A stretch of DNA of 64,000 nucleotides, from positions 1,824,001 through 1,888,000 of the forward strand of contig CAVSHF010000003.1 of the NCBI GenBank assembly GCA_963727805.1. Reading direction: 5' to 3'. Positions 22,404-31,506 of the stretch are shown in pieces (the first letter of the stretch is position 1; the number at the start of each line of letters is the position of its first letter). The stretch comes from an uncultured Nitrospiraceae bacterium (GTDB taxonomy: Bacteria; Nitrospirota; Thermodesulfovibrionia; Thermodesulfovibrionales; Dissulfurispiraceae). A model generated the notes under the pieces. It ran no database searches and was not told the origin of the DNA. It saw only the letters and a list, made by a program, of their open reading frames with translations. The position numbers were made by a program, and so were the translations under genes.

Positions 22404-22613
22404 CTATTTCACCGGGTCATATCCGCCGGGATGGAAGGGATGACATTTCAGAATTCTTTTTACCGTAAGAAGCCCGCCTTTGAGTGCGCCGTACTTGCTA
22501 ACCGCTTCAAGGGAATACGCGGAACAGGTGGGTACAAACCTGCAACTTGTAGGTAGCAGAGGTGAAATCAGATACTGGTAAAACCTGATGAGGCCGATCA
22601 GAAAATCCTTCAC
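22404..22613 (-). CDS. yidD: Membrane protein insertion efficiency factor YidD
   Basis: YQ..ISP...SCRF.PTCS.Y...[16 protein letters not shown]. Probable GTG start at 22613; the longer ORF-track N-terminus is a shadow of rpmH. Confidence 0.92.
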   Translation of the reverse strand: MKDFLIGLIRFYQYLISPLLPTSCRFVPTCSAYSLEAVSKYGALKGGLLTVKRILKCHPFHPGGYDPVK

Positions 22614-22627
22614 TCCATACCTGCGTA

Positions 22628-22768
22628 TTAGCCGGCCAAACGGGTCCTTTTCTTTGCCCTTCTGTTTTTCAAGACCCTTCTGCCGGCCCTGGTGCTCATT
22701 CGCGTCAGGAAACCGTGTGTCCTCTTCCGTCTCAAACAATGCGGACGATATGTAGTATATGTGCCCAT
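22628..22768 (-). CDS. rpmH: 50S ribosomal protein L34 (46 aa; missed by ORF track)
   Basis: Manual translation [53 protein letters not shown]; upstream TTGACT-18-TATAAT. Confidence 0.95.
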   Translation of the reverse strand: MGTYTTYRPHCLRRKRTHGFLTRMSTRAGRRVLKNRRAKKRTRLAG

Positions 22769-22891
22769 TTTGTCCTCCGAAACAATAATTTCCAGAAACG
22801 AAATTATACTTCCTTCTGACTGGCAAAGTCAATTGTACGCGATGCGTGTCGACAGGATGAAAAGGTCTGCGTAGAACACTTGCTTCGTCGA

Positions 22892-24013
22892 TCACGGTTT
22901 CCAGAACTCTTCAAACTTGCCGTTTCTGGTTATCCAGACAATATAGGGCGCCTCGGAAACATCCCCTTTCTCGTTGAACATTATCTTCCCGAGAGCTGTC
23001 GGAAATTCCTTTGCCCTTATTTTGGCTATCACCGCCTTGGTATCAGTCATTCCCGCGTCTTTCACTGCATCGAGGAGAATGTTGACAGCCACATAGGCAT
23101 AAATCGAATAAGGCCCCAGATCGCCATATTTCTTCATGTATTTCTCGATGAAACCAGCAGCAGCCGTAATATGTGCGGGATCGGGACTGAAGGTAAGGTA
23201 CGTGCCCTCGGCTGCTTTATTGCCAGCTATCTCAATAAATTTCTGATCGATCGTCCCATCTCCGCTCATGAAAGGAACCTTCATGCTTATCTCTCTCGCC
23301 TCTTTTACGAGAAGTCCCGCATCGGCATAGATACCGCCGTAATAGATGAGCTGCGGATCCTTCTGCTTCATCGAGGTAAGGACTGTTTTGAAGTCCTTAT
23401 CTCCCCGCGTAATGCCGCCGTAATAAACAACTTCGATACCTTCTCCCAAAGCATCCTTAAAGATATCGGCGAGTCCTTGCCCATATGTCGTTTTGTCATG
23501 GAGGACAGCCACCTTTTTGAGCTTGAGTTTCTCTCTGACAAAGCGAGCCGCCACTCTTCCCTGTTGGTTATCTGTACCGCACACCCGGAAAACACCCTTG
23601 TAGCCACGTTCGGTCAGAAGAGGATTTGTCGAAGCCGGGGTTATCATGGGCGTACCAGCGCGTTCGTATACATCAGAGGCGGGAATCGAGCAGCTCGAAT
23701 TAAAATGGCCAATAATGCCGATGGCTCCCTCATTGACGATTTTATTTGCAATGGCCACGGCCTGCTTGGGGTCCGATTGATCATCTTCAATGACTGCTTC
23801 AACCTTTTTCCCTATTACCCCGCCTAGAGCATTCCACTCTTCAATTGCTATTGAAGCCCCTTGCCTGAAATCAGTACCCATCTTCGCATCCGGACCGGTC
23901 ATCGGCCCCGCAATACCAATTTTAATGACCTTTTCCTTTTTCTCACATCCAGCGATTACAACAACTGCGAGGAGGGCCACAACAAAGACGTTAAAAAATC
24001 GTGAAGTGAGCAT
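22892..24013 (-). CDS. Branched-chain amino acid ABC transporter substrate-binding lipoprotein (LivJ/LivK family)
   Basis: IKIG.AGPMTG, DDQSDP.QA, GHFNS, STNP.LT, YGQGLA. Confidence 0.9.
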   Translation of the reverse strand: MLTSRFFNVFVVALLAVVVIAGCEKKEKVIKIGIAGPMTGPDAKMGTDFRQGASIAIEEWNALGGVIGKKVEAVIEDDQSDPKQAVAIANKIVNEGAIGIIGHFNSSCSIPASDVYERAGTPMITPASTNPLLTERGYKGVFRVCGTDNQQGRVAARFVREKLKLKKVAVLHDKTTYGQGLADIFKDALGEGIEVVYYGGITRGDKDFKTVLTSMKQKDPQLIYYGGIYADAGLLVKEAREISMKVPFMSGDGTIDQKFIEIAGNKAAEGTYLTFSPDPAHITAAAGFIEKYMKKYGDLGPYSIYAYVAVNILLDAVKDAGMTDTKAVIAKIRAKEFPTALGKIMFNEKGDVSEAPYIVWITRNGKFEEFWKP

Positions 24014-24168
24014 GTTCGGTCTTCTCCTTAGTTAGTTTTTATTAATAGCACCGTCGCAAGACACCCGTATATTTTCACCGACCTTTCCCCTATTGTCAAG
24101 ATTATTCCTCTTTCGCCGATATATATAGAAGGAATTGACAATATAAAGGGATTACGCTATTGTAAGAT

Positions 24169-26067
24169 ATGGGAATTGTTGGGGCATCTTCGTTAGGCGA
24201 TTTACTTCTACAGTCCAAATTGATCTCTGAGGAACAGCTTCTCGAAGCCCTAGCCATCCAGAAGCGGGAACGTCAGAAACTAAGCACCGTCCTCCTGAAA
24301 CTAAACTTCATCAGCGAAGAAAGCCTTACGATGATTCTGAGCAAACAGTATGGGGTTCCTCCCATCAACCTTGCCGCTACTACCATCGATAAAATGGCGT
24401 TAAAGATAGTACCTTATGACACGGCTAAGAGATGCCAGCTCATCCCTCTGACATACGGCGGAGGAGAACTGAAAATTGCAATCGCCGATCCTTCGAACAA
24501 TTTTGCTATCGACCATATCAAATTCCTAACAGGCATGAAACTCCGGCTCTATGTGGCTTCTGAGTCGGCCGTCATGAATGCCATCGAAGCAAATTATGCG
24601 ACCAGAGACAAGTCCGATGGCATTACACGATCTCCTGTGGCACGACAGGCACCCGGTCAGACTCAAAATCAGGCAACCGGCCAAGTCCAGAGTAAACCCT
24701 CAGTCGAAGAGAAACTTACTGAAGAGCGTGCATTCATCCAGGAGATGAATTACGTAACGGAAGAAAAGTTCAATGACGGGAAAAATCTCTCCGAAGAAAA
24801 GTCTTTTATAGAGGAGGACCTGTCAAAGGTCATCGGAAGTGCCCTCGACGAGATTACCGTGATCGAGGAAGAAGAAGACACGATGGGGAAAATCGATGTC
24901 GACGCCCCCATCATCAAGCTAGTCAACAATATCCTGTTTAATTCCCTCAAGTCTAGAGCAAGCGATATCCATATCGAGCCTGCCGAGGAGATGCTCAGGG
25001 TGCGCTATCGGGTTGACGGCGTTCTCCATTCAGGGTTGCGCCTCCCCACCAAGATCAAGAATGCCATCATCTCTAGGGTCAAGATCATGGCCCACCTCGA
25101 CATTTCTGAAAGAAGGCTCCCCCAGGACGGAAGAATAAAGCTGAAGTTTGGCCAGAAAAAAGAGGTCGATTTCAGAGTGTCAACACTGCCGACCCTTTAT
25201 GGCGAAAAGGTGGTCCTTAGGATCCTCGACAAATCGAGTCTTCAGCTTGATCTGACAAAGCTCGGCTTCGATCAGAAACCGCTGGATGACTTTAACGAAG
25301 CCATTGAAAAACCTTACGGCATGATACTGGTAACCGGCCCTACCGGTAGCGGCAAGACAACCACCCTGTATTCCGCATTACAAAAAATCAATAAACCAGG
25401 TGTCAACATCATGACCGCTGAAGACCCCGTCGAGTACAACTTCTTCGGCATCAACCAGGTGCAAATGAAGGAAGAGATTGGACTCACCTTTTCTGCGGCC
25501 CTCAGATCCTTTCTGAGGCAGGATCCCGACATCATCATGGTCGGTGAAATCAGAGACTTCGAGACCGCTGAGATAGCCGTTAAAGCTGCACTGACAGGAC
25601 ATATGGTCATGAGTACCGTCCACACCAATGATGCGCCGAGCACGATAACGAGGCTCGTCAACATGGGGATCGAGCCGTTTCTCGTCTCGTCATCAGTTGT
25701 CCTCATTGTTGCGCAGAGGCTTGCTAGAAAAATCTGCCCAAAGTGCAAAGAAGAGCACACTTTGCCCGATACAGCTCTCTTTAAAATCGGGTTCCCCGCT
25801 GACGAGATTGGGAAATTCACCTGCTACCGGGGCGCGGGCTGCGCGAACTGCAACAACACCGGATACCGCGGAAGGATTGCCCTCTATGAAGTAATGCCTG
25901 TCAAGGACGAACTTAAAGAGTTGATTCTGCAGGGCGCATCGGGTCTCGATATCAAGCGGGAAGCGGTACGTCTCGGTATGGCAACCCTCCGCCAGAGCGG
26001 TGTCGGGAAAGTAATGGAAGGTGTGACCTCCATCGAGGAGATCTTGCGTGTCTCTTTCGAAGATTGA
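24169..26067 (+). CDS. pilB: Type IV pilus assembly ATPase PilB
   Basis: ASDIHIEP, RRLPQDG, Walker A GPTGSGKT, EDPVE, LRQDPD, TGH..ST.HTN, tetracysteine Zn motif. Confidence 0.92.
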   Translation: MGIVGASSLGDLLLQSKLISEEQLLEALAIQKRERQKLSTVLLKLNFISEESLTMILSKQYGVPPINLAATTIDKMALKIVPYDTAKRCQLIPLTYGGGELKIAIADPSNNFAIDHIKFLTGMKLRLYVASESAVMNAIEANYATRDKSDGITRSPVARQAPGQTQNQATGQVQSKPSVEEKLTEERAFIQEMNYVTEEKFNDGKNLSEEKSFIEEDLSKVIGSALDEITVIEEEEDTMGKIDVDAPIIKLVNNILFNSLKSRASDIHIEPAEEMLRVRYRVDGVLHSGLRLPTKIKNAIISRVKIMAHLDISERRLPQDGRIKLKFGQKKEVDFRVSTLPTLYGEKVVLRILDKSSLQLDLTKLGFDQKPLDDFNEAIEKPYGMILVTGPTGSGKTTTLYSALQKINKPGVNIMTAEDPVEYNFFGINQVQMKEEIGLTFSAALRSFLRQDPDIIMVGEIRDFETAEIAVKAALTGHMVMSTVHTNDAPSTITRLVNMGIEPFLVSSSVVLIVAQRLARKICPKCKEEHTLPDTALFKIGFPADEIGKFTCYRGAGCANCNNTGYRGRIALYEVMPVKDELKELILQGASGLDIKREAVRLGMATLRQSGVGKVMEGVTSIEEILRVSFED

Positions 26068-26262
26068 TGATCAAGCAGTTCTCCCGCCTTACTCATTGAC
26101 AAACTTGAGAGATTATTGTAGCATGTGTCAGAGTGTTTCGAATCGCCGTTTTCTTTTCCTTAAATTAATATTACTAATTATCACGGGAGAGGATATGTGG
26201 TTCCGCGAAAGCATCGTCAAATCTTGGGGGCATAAAATATCTGCAATTCGAGAGGGGGCCTT

Positions 26263-28071
26263 ATGACTCTGAATTACAAGAACTGGAAAATTTCAACCAA
26301 AATTATAAGTATGTCTGTTTTCACCATCCTTGCGGCAATCCTTGGGATCGGCGTATATTTCCTGCCCTCAATGGAATCGAAAATAATGGAGGAAAAGAGG
26401 GTTGCCACTCAGAGCGTTGTTGACGTCGCGTTTACTCTCATTACCGAATATGACGCGCGTGCGCAGAAGGGAGAATTCAGTACCGATGAAGCCCAAAGAA
26501 GAGCAATCGCCAGGATCAAAGAACTTCGTTACAAAAAAGAAGATTATTTCTGGATCAACAACATGCATCCCACTATGATTATGCATCCGACTCAATCGCA
26601 GCTGGACGGCAAGGATCTGAGCGACTATAAAGACCCTAACGGGAAAAAGCTCTTTATCGACATGGTTAACATATGCAAGGAAAAGGGTGAAGGCTTCGTG
26701 GACTACCAGTGGCCCAAGCCTGGGGGAACTAAGCCAGTGCCGAAGATTTCCTTTGTGAAACTCTATCAGCCCTGGGGATGGGTGATCGGCAGCGGTATTT
26801 ATGTGGATGATATTGCGCCGCAGATGGCCCATGCAAGAAACATAGTTCTGATTGCAACTGCTCTTGGTACTATTGTTCTAATTTTTCTCAACTTTCTGTG
26901 GTACCGCAAAAGCATCGTCAAACCCCTTCTGGCAATAGGGAACGTCATGGGCAACGTAAAAAAAGGAAATTATACCGATAGAATAACGATCGACTCGCGG
27001 GATGAACTATACGACATCGCCGAAACTTTTAACGAGACGATGGACAAGATCACAGTGCTGATTCAAACCGATGACGAGAGGAAGAAGATGCAGGAAGATA
27101 TCGTCCGGTTCCTCAACATACTGAGTGCCGCATCCGATGGTGATCTTTCCCAGAAAGCTGAGGTGACACCCGATATCTTTGGTTCCCTTGCCGATGCCTT
27201 CAACCTCATGGTAGAGGGGCTCTCCGACCTGATCACGGAAGTAAAAAAATCAGCCGAAGAAGCGAACAGCCGTAGTATTACACTGGCCGAGATTATCCGG
27301 AAGCTGGAAGCAGGTGCCGATATGCAGAAGATTGAAGTTAAAACTGCATCCGACGCCGTCATTATCTCCGCCGATTCGGCCACTCAAATCGCCGATAAAA
27401 CGAAGGTTGCACAACAGATATCTGAAGATGCATTCACGGCTATCAATAGAGGAGGCAAAATTGTCGCTGACTCGATTAACGGGATGCAGCTTATTCGTGT
27501 CACCGTCCAAGCGATTAACAAGAGAATGAAACTCCTGTCAGAAAAAATGATGGAGATTGGTATCATTTCTCAGTTAATATCTGAAATAGCCAATCGGACC
27601 AACCTGCTTGCCCTCAATGCGTCGATAGAAGCCGCGCGGGCTGGAGAACAGGGGAAGGGATTCGTTATTATCGCTGACGAAATCAGGGGATTGGCTGAAA
27701 GGTCTGGGAAGTCTACGAAACAGATTAGCGAAATCATCGGTGCCATCCAGAACGAAGCAGCCACCGTGACAAAGCATCTCGAAGAGGAGACCAATTATGT
27801 CGAGATGGAGACCAATATGGCGAGCGATACGGGCACGATCTTCGCACAGATCGAAACCATAATCAAGAATATTGGGTCGATAACCGCTGAGATCGATGCC
27901 GCGACCGGCGATCAGAAGGCCATTACCTCAAAGGTAGCCATTTCAATGGAGGAGGTCCAGCGCATTTCTCAGGATGTGTTAAATGTCGTCAGCGACCTCA
28001 CCGAAATCTCGACAGCTCTTTCGGATTCATCGAACTTCCTGATAACCTCGACTGAACGATTCAAGCTTTAA
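26263..28071 (+). CDS. Methyl-accepting chemotaxis protein (Cache sensor, HAMP, PilJ-like signalling domain)
   Basis: TM-Cache (YFWI..MHP...D..GK..F..W.KP...K..FV..WGW.IG.GIY.DD)-[29 protein letters not shown] hairpin tip. Confidence 0.92.
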   Translation: MTLNYKNWKISTKIISMSVFTILAAILGIGVYFLPSMESKIMEEKRVATQSVVDVAFTLITEYDARAQKGEFSTDEAQRRAIARIKELRYKKEDYFWINNMHPTMIMHPTQSQLDGKDLSDYKDPNGKKLFIDMVNICKEKGEGFVDYQWPKPGGTKPVPKISFVKLYQPWGWVIGSGIYVDDIAPQMAHARNIVLIATALGTIVLIFLNFLWYRKSIVKPLLAIGNVMGNVKKGNYTDRITIDSRDELYDIAETFNETMDKITVLIQTDDERKKMQEDIVRFLNILSAASDGDLSQKAEVTPDIFGSLADAFNLMVEGLSDLITEVKKSAEEANSRSITLAEIIRKLEAGADMQKIEVKTASDAVIISADSATQIADKTKVAQQISEDAFTAINRGGKIVADSINGMQLIRVTVQAINKRMKLLSEKMMEIGIISQLISEIANRTNLLALNASIEAARAGEQGKGFVIIADEIRGLAERSGKSTKQISEIIGAIQNEAATVTKHLEEETNYVEMETNMASDTGTIFAQIETIIKNIGSITAEIDAATGDQKAITSKVAISMEEVQRISQDVLNVVSDLTEISTALSDSSNFLITSTERFKL

Positions 28072-28088
28072 ATGAGTCGGTAAATTCG

Positions 28089-28130
28089 CCGGGTATGCTA
28101 CTCTCTGTAAACACAGAGAGACATGCCCGG
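28089..28130. terminator. Stem-loop between convergent MCP and CheA genes
   Basis: CCGGGTATG...CTCTCTGT-AAAC-ACAGAGAG...CATGCCCGG. Confidence 0.6.
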
Positions 28131-28314
28131 AAATATTTTGCAGCACCTCGCCGATCATCTCGCTTAATGGTATTCGTGTTCTAAACTCCAAAGTCAAAAT
28201 ACAAAGTACAAACTGATAAATTCACGAATGTTAAGTTTAAACTGTAAAGTTTTCGTTGCCGATAGACTTCGTTACTTTTGGTTGTCGCAATTTGAGAAGT
28301 GGATTATTGATATA

Positions 28315-30747
28315 TCAAGCGGGCAGCAGTGCATATTTCTTGAGGCTTGCTACAAGGGACCTTTCATCGAAAGGCTTGACAAGATAATCATCAGCGCCGA
28401 GTTCGAGAGCCTTCTCCCTGTGTTTCCCGGTACTGCGTGATGTAAGAACGATGATCGGAATGGCTTTCAGCGTATCAGAAGCTTTTATCCTGCTGACAAG
28501 CTCATAGCCATGCATGACCGGCATTTCGAGGTCAGTGATAATTAGATCCACTTCGGTCTCTTCGAGCATCTTTAATGCCTCGTTTCCATTCCCTGCTGAG
28601 TATACCTTCAAATTCCTGGCCGTAAGGAACGTACTCAGGTATTTCCTGACACTCAATGAATCATCAACGATAAGAACTCTCCTGCCTTCAAAACTTTCTA
28701 TTTCAGGAGGCGTTATCAGAAAAGTCCTCGTTTCTTCCTCGAATATCTTGATGGGGTTCAACACCAGCCGTACTAGTCCGTCGCCTGATATGGTAATGCC
28801 GGAGTATATGGAAAGCCCTTCGAGAAACCGGTTAACAGGCTTGATGATCGCCTCTTCCTGCCCCAGGACATCGTCTACAATTAGACCAACCCGCTTGTTC
28901 GAAATACTGCAAACTAGAACAAAATTGTCCCTTTTGCCTTCGTGGCCGTTTCCGGCGATATAAAACACATCGGAGAGTCTCTTGGCCTGTATCGGAGTGC
29001 CACGGTGATAGACCATATCCAGTGATTCCTTACGATCACCGATTTTGTCATTTACCGGTTCATAGTGCACAACTTCTTCTATAAGGCTCGTCGGCATGAC
29101 AAATTCCATTGCCCCGTAAACGAAAACAATCACATTCGTTATGGCCAGTGAAGAAGGCACCCTGATCCTGAAGGTCGTCCCCTTTCCCACCTCGGTGCTC
29201 AATTCGAGAGTACCATTAATATTAGATATCTGACTGCGGACGGCGTTCATGCCCACGCCCCTGCCCGATATCATGTCGGTAGCACCTGCAGTGGAAAAAC
29301 CAGGCAAGAAGATCAATGAGAGTGTCTCCTCCCGAGAAAGCGTGGCTTCGGGTTTCACAAGACCCTGCTTTACCGCCGCAGCAAAAACCTTGTTGGTGTC
29401 AATACCAGCTCCATCGTCCGCGATTTCTATGATAATGTTGATGCCCTCGCGTCGCGCGGACAGTGAGATAACCCCCTCCCTGCGCTTTCCGCTCTTGGTC
29501 CTTTGTTCGCCTATTTCTATACCGTGGCCTATACAGTTCCTGATCATATGCATGAGGGGATCAAAAAGGTTTTCAAAAATTACCCTGTCAATCTTGGTGC
29601 TCTGACCGACGATCTGCAAGTCTACTCTCTTATCATGCTCTTTTGCCATGTCCTTGATCGGCCTTACAAAACGCTGAAACAGCCTGCCAATATCGATCAT
29701 CCTTGACTCAGACAGGTCAGACCTGAGGAACTTGACGATCTTATCGAGGGACTTGATATCGTCCTGAAAAAGTCCAAAAAACTGCATCAACTCCTTCAGC
29801 GCCTCGGTGATGTCTTCGGTCAGTTCTTGGAGTTTTCTCGAAAAGAGATTCTGTTCATCGTACCGGTCGAATTCGAGGTCTCCGAACTCAGAAAAGAGTG
29901 GGTCAATATATTTAGTATTGTCGGTAATCGTGTATGCATGCCGGTCAGCGAAGGCGTTAACCTCTTCGAGCAGTCTCTTGCCGGCAAAGAGTACCTCTTC
30001 TGAAACCTCGCCGGCCTCCTTGGTTTTTTTCAGCATAGCGTTCTTCATGATCGTAACTTCGCTGATGAGGTTGAACATATCTTCGATCTTCTTCAGATCA
30101 ATTCTGACAAAATTCCCAAAGAAATACTCGACATCGTCTTTTCTCTTTGCAACGGCTTCCTGAGCCTTCACACGGACATCAGGCGGGACTTTCGCACCCA
30201 CGGGTAGCATGGGCACCACAGGCTCGACCTTAACCGCTTCTGCCGGGGCGACAGGCTGCTCAATTGCTTCTTTAATTGTCGCAGGAGGACTGAGGGTGGA
30301 TTGCGCTGCTTCTTCCATTAAATTGAAACTCTCGAAAGCGTCTACCGGCCCTCCTGCCTGGGCCATCACCTCCGCAACCTGCCTGGTGAACTTCTTTTCG
30401 AGATCCCCATTCTCCTCTCTGCCTTCCGATATATCTCTCACGATATGGGCAACAGCATCGAGCATGGAGAGAAGCAAATCGATCACATCCTTCTTTACCG
30501 CAATATGCTTGTCTTTAAACGTCTCAAGAATGTCTTCCATCGAATGGGCTATCGAGCTTGTAACGGTGAGTCTCACAATAGCGGCAGCACCCTTTAGCGT
30601 ATGAGCAGCTCTAAAAAGCTCCTCAAGAAGCGCGGTCCTGTCAGCTGACGTTTCGAGTTCGGGGATGCCGTGACTCAACACATTGAGATAATCCTCGGCT
30701 TCGGCAAGAAAGTACTCGAGAAGCTCAGATCTGTCAGTTTTTCCCAT
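28315..30747 (-). CDS. CheA-like hybrid kinase (Hpt-HATPase-CheW-REC; ChpA type)
   Basis: LFRAAHTLKG Hpt, H..RN..HGIE, DDGAG, FLPGFST, SGRGVGM, C-terminal REC. Start at ATG 30747. Confidence 0.92.
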   Translation of the reverse strand: MGKTDRSELLEYFLAEAEDYLNVLSHGIPELETSADRTALLEELFRAAHTLKGAAAIVRLTVTSSIAHSMEDILETFKDKHIAVKKDVIDLLLSMLDAVAHIVRDISEGREENGDLEKKFTRQVAEVMAQAGGPVDAFESFNLMEEAAQSTLSPPATIKEAIEQPVAPAEAVKVEPVVPMLPVGAKVPPDVRVKAQEAVAKRKDDVEYFFGNFVRIDLKKIEDMFNLISEVTIMKNAMLKKTKEAGEVSEEVLFAGKRLLEEVNAFADRHAYTITDNTKYIDPLFSEFGDLEFDRYDEQNLFSRKLQELTEDITEALKELMQFFGLFQDDIKSLDKIVKFLRSDLSESRMIDIGRLFQRFVRPIKDMAKEHDKRVDLQIVGQSTKIDRVIFENLFDPLMHMIRNCIGHGIEIGEQRTKSGKRREGVISLSARREGINIIIEIADDGAGIDTNKVFAAAVKQGLVKPEATLSREETLSLIFLPGFSTAGATDMISGRGVGMNAVRSQISNINGTLELSTEVGKGTTFRIRVPSSLAITNVIVFVYGAMEFVMPTSLIEEVVHYEPVNDKIGDRKESLDMVYHRGTPIQAKRLSDVFYIAGNGHEGKRDNFVLVCSISNKRVGLIVDDVLGQEEAIIKPVNRFLEGLSIYSGITISGDGLVRLVLNPIKIFEEETRTFLITPPEIESFEGRRVLIVDDSLSVRKYLSTFLTARNLKVYSAGNGNEALKMLEETEVDLIITDLEMPVMHGYELVSRIKASDTLKAIPIIVLTSRSTGKHREKALELGADDYLVKPFDERSLVASLKKYALLPA

Positions 30748-31144
30748 AACCCATGGTTTTAATTCGGTAGGTCTCGAAAAAACTCTTGATATCGATGAGG
30801 TCATCGACAACGATATCGTCATCGAAGGTCACGAAAAAAGGAGATGTCTCGGAGAGAAAACCTATATTCTCATTCTCCACATCGATGATCAGCAGTTTGG
30901 GGCTTGCATAGGAAGGCTTTTCTATAGGATAGATTTTTGATAGATCAACCGCTGGGATAATTTTTCCGCGCAAGGGGAGAGCGCCGTAAACATAATCCGG
31001 TGCCCCAGGAATTGGGAATATCCTTGCAATATCGACAACTTCCCGAACGTCTTCAGCAGCCAGCAGGAACTCCCTTTCTCCCACTCCAAAAACGCAGTAT
31101 GTCTTTTCACCTGACGCGCCGTCGCGCATTTCGTCTTTTCTCAT
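30734..31144 (-). CDS. CheW/PilI-like adaptor
   Basis: VREVV, IPGAP..V.G...LRGKIIPAVDL. Confidence 0.85.
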   Translation of the reverse strand: MRKDEMRDGASGEKTYCVFGVGEREFLLAAEDVREVVDIARIFPIPGAPDYVYGALPLRGKIIPAVDLSKIYPIEKPSYASPKLLIIDVENENIGFLSETSPFFVTFDDDIVVDDLIDIKSFFETYRIKTMGYGKN

Positions 31145-31506
31145 CGGTTCAGAAATTTGTTCACTGCAAAGAGCAGCTCAGTTGGTTCGTACGGTTTAGT
31201 GAGGTAGAAATCAGCACCCTGTTGCCGCCCCCACATCTTGTCGCTCTCCTGGTTTTTTGATGTTACCATGATGACCGGCGTCGCTTTCAGTTTCTCATCT
31301 TTCTTTATCCACCGACACAATTGAAACCCGTTCTTTTTAGGCATTACCACGTCGAGGATGATGATGTCGAAAGGCTGGCTCTTAATTTTTTGTTCCGCCT
31401 CCTCGCCATCCTTTGCAAGTATGAGTTCGTGGCCTTTCTCGGTCAGTATAGATTCAATAAACTTCATATCCGTTGTACTATCCTCTGCAATTAGAATCTT
31501 CGCCAT
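31141..31506 (-). CDS. Single-domain response regulator (PilH-like)
   Basis: EDS, DVVMP..NGFQ.CR, TSKNQESDK.WG..QGAD..LTKP. Confidence 0.88.
   Translation of the reverse strand: MAKILIAEDSTTDMKFIESILTEKGHELILAKDGEEAEQKIKSQPFDIIILDVVMPKKNGFQLCRWIKKDEKLKATPVIMVTSKNQESDKMWGRQQGADFYLTKPYEPTELLFAVNKFLNR

Noticed and set aside
22614..22895. N-terminal extension of the yidD ORF as a divergent RnpA
   Set aside because: It is an alternate frame over rpmH and its promoter; no RNR motif.
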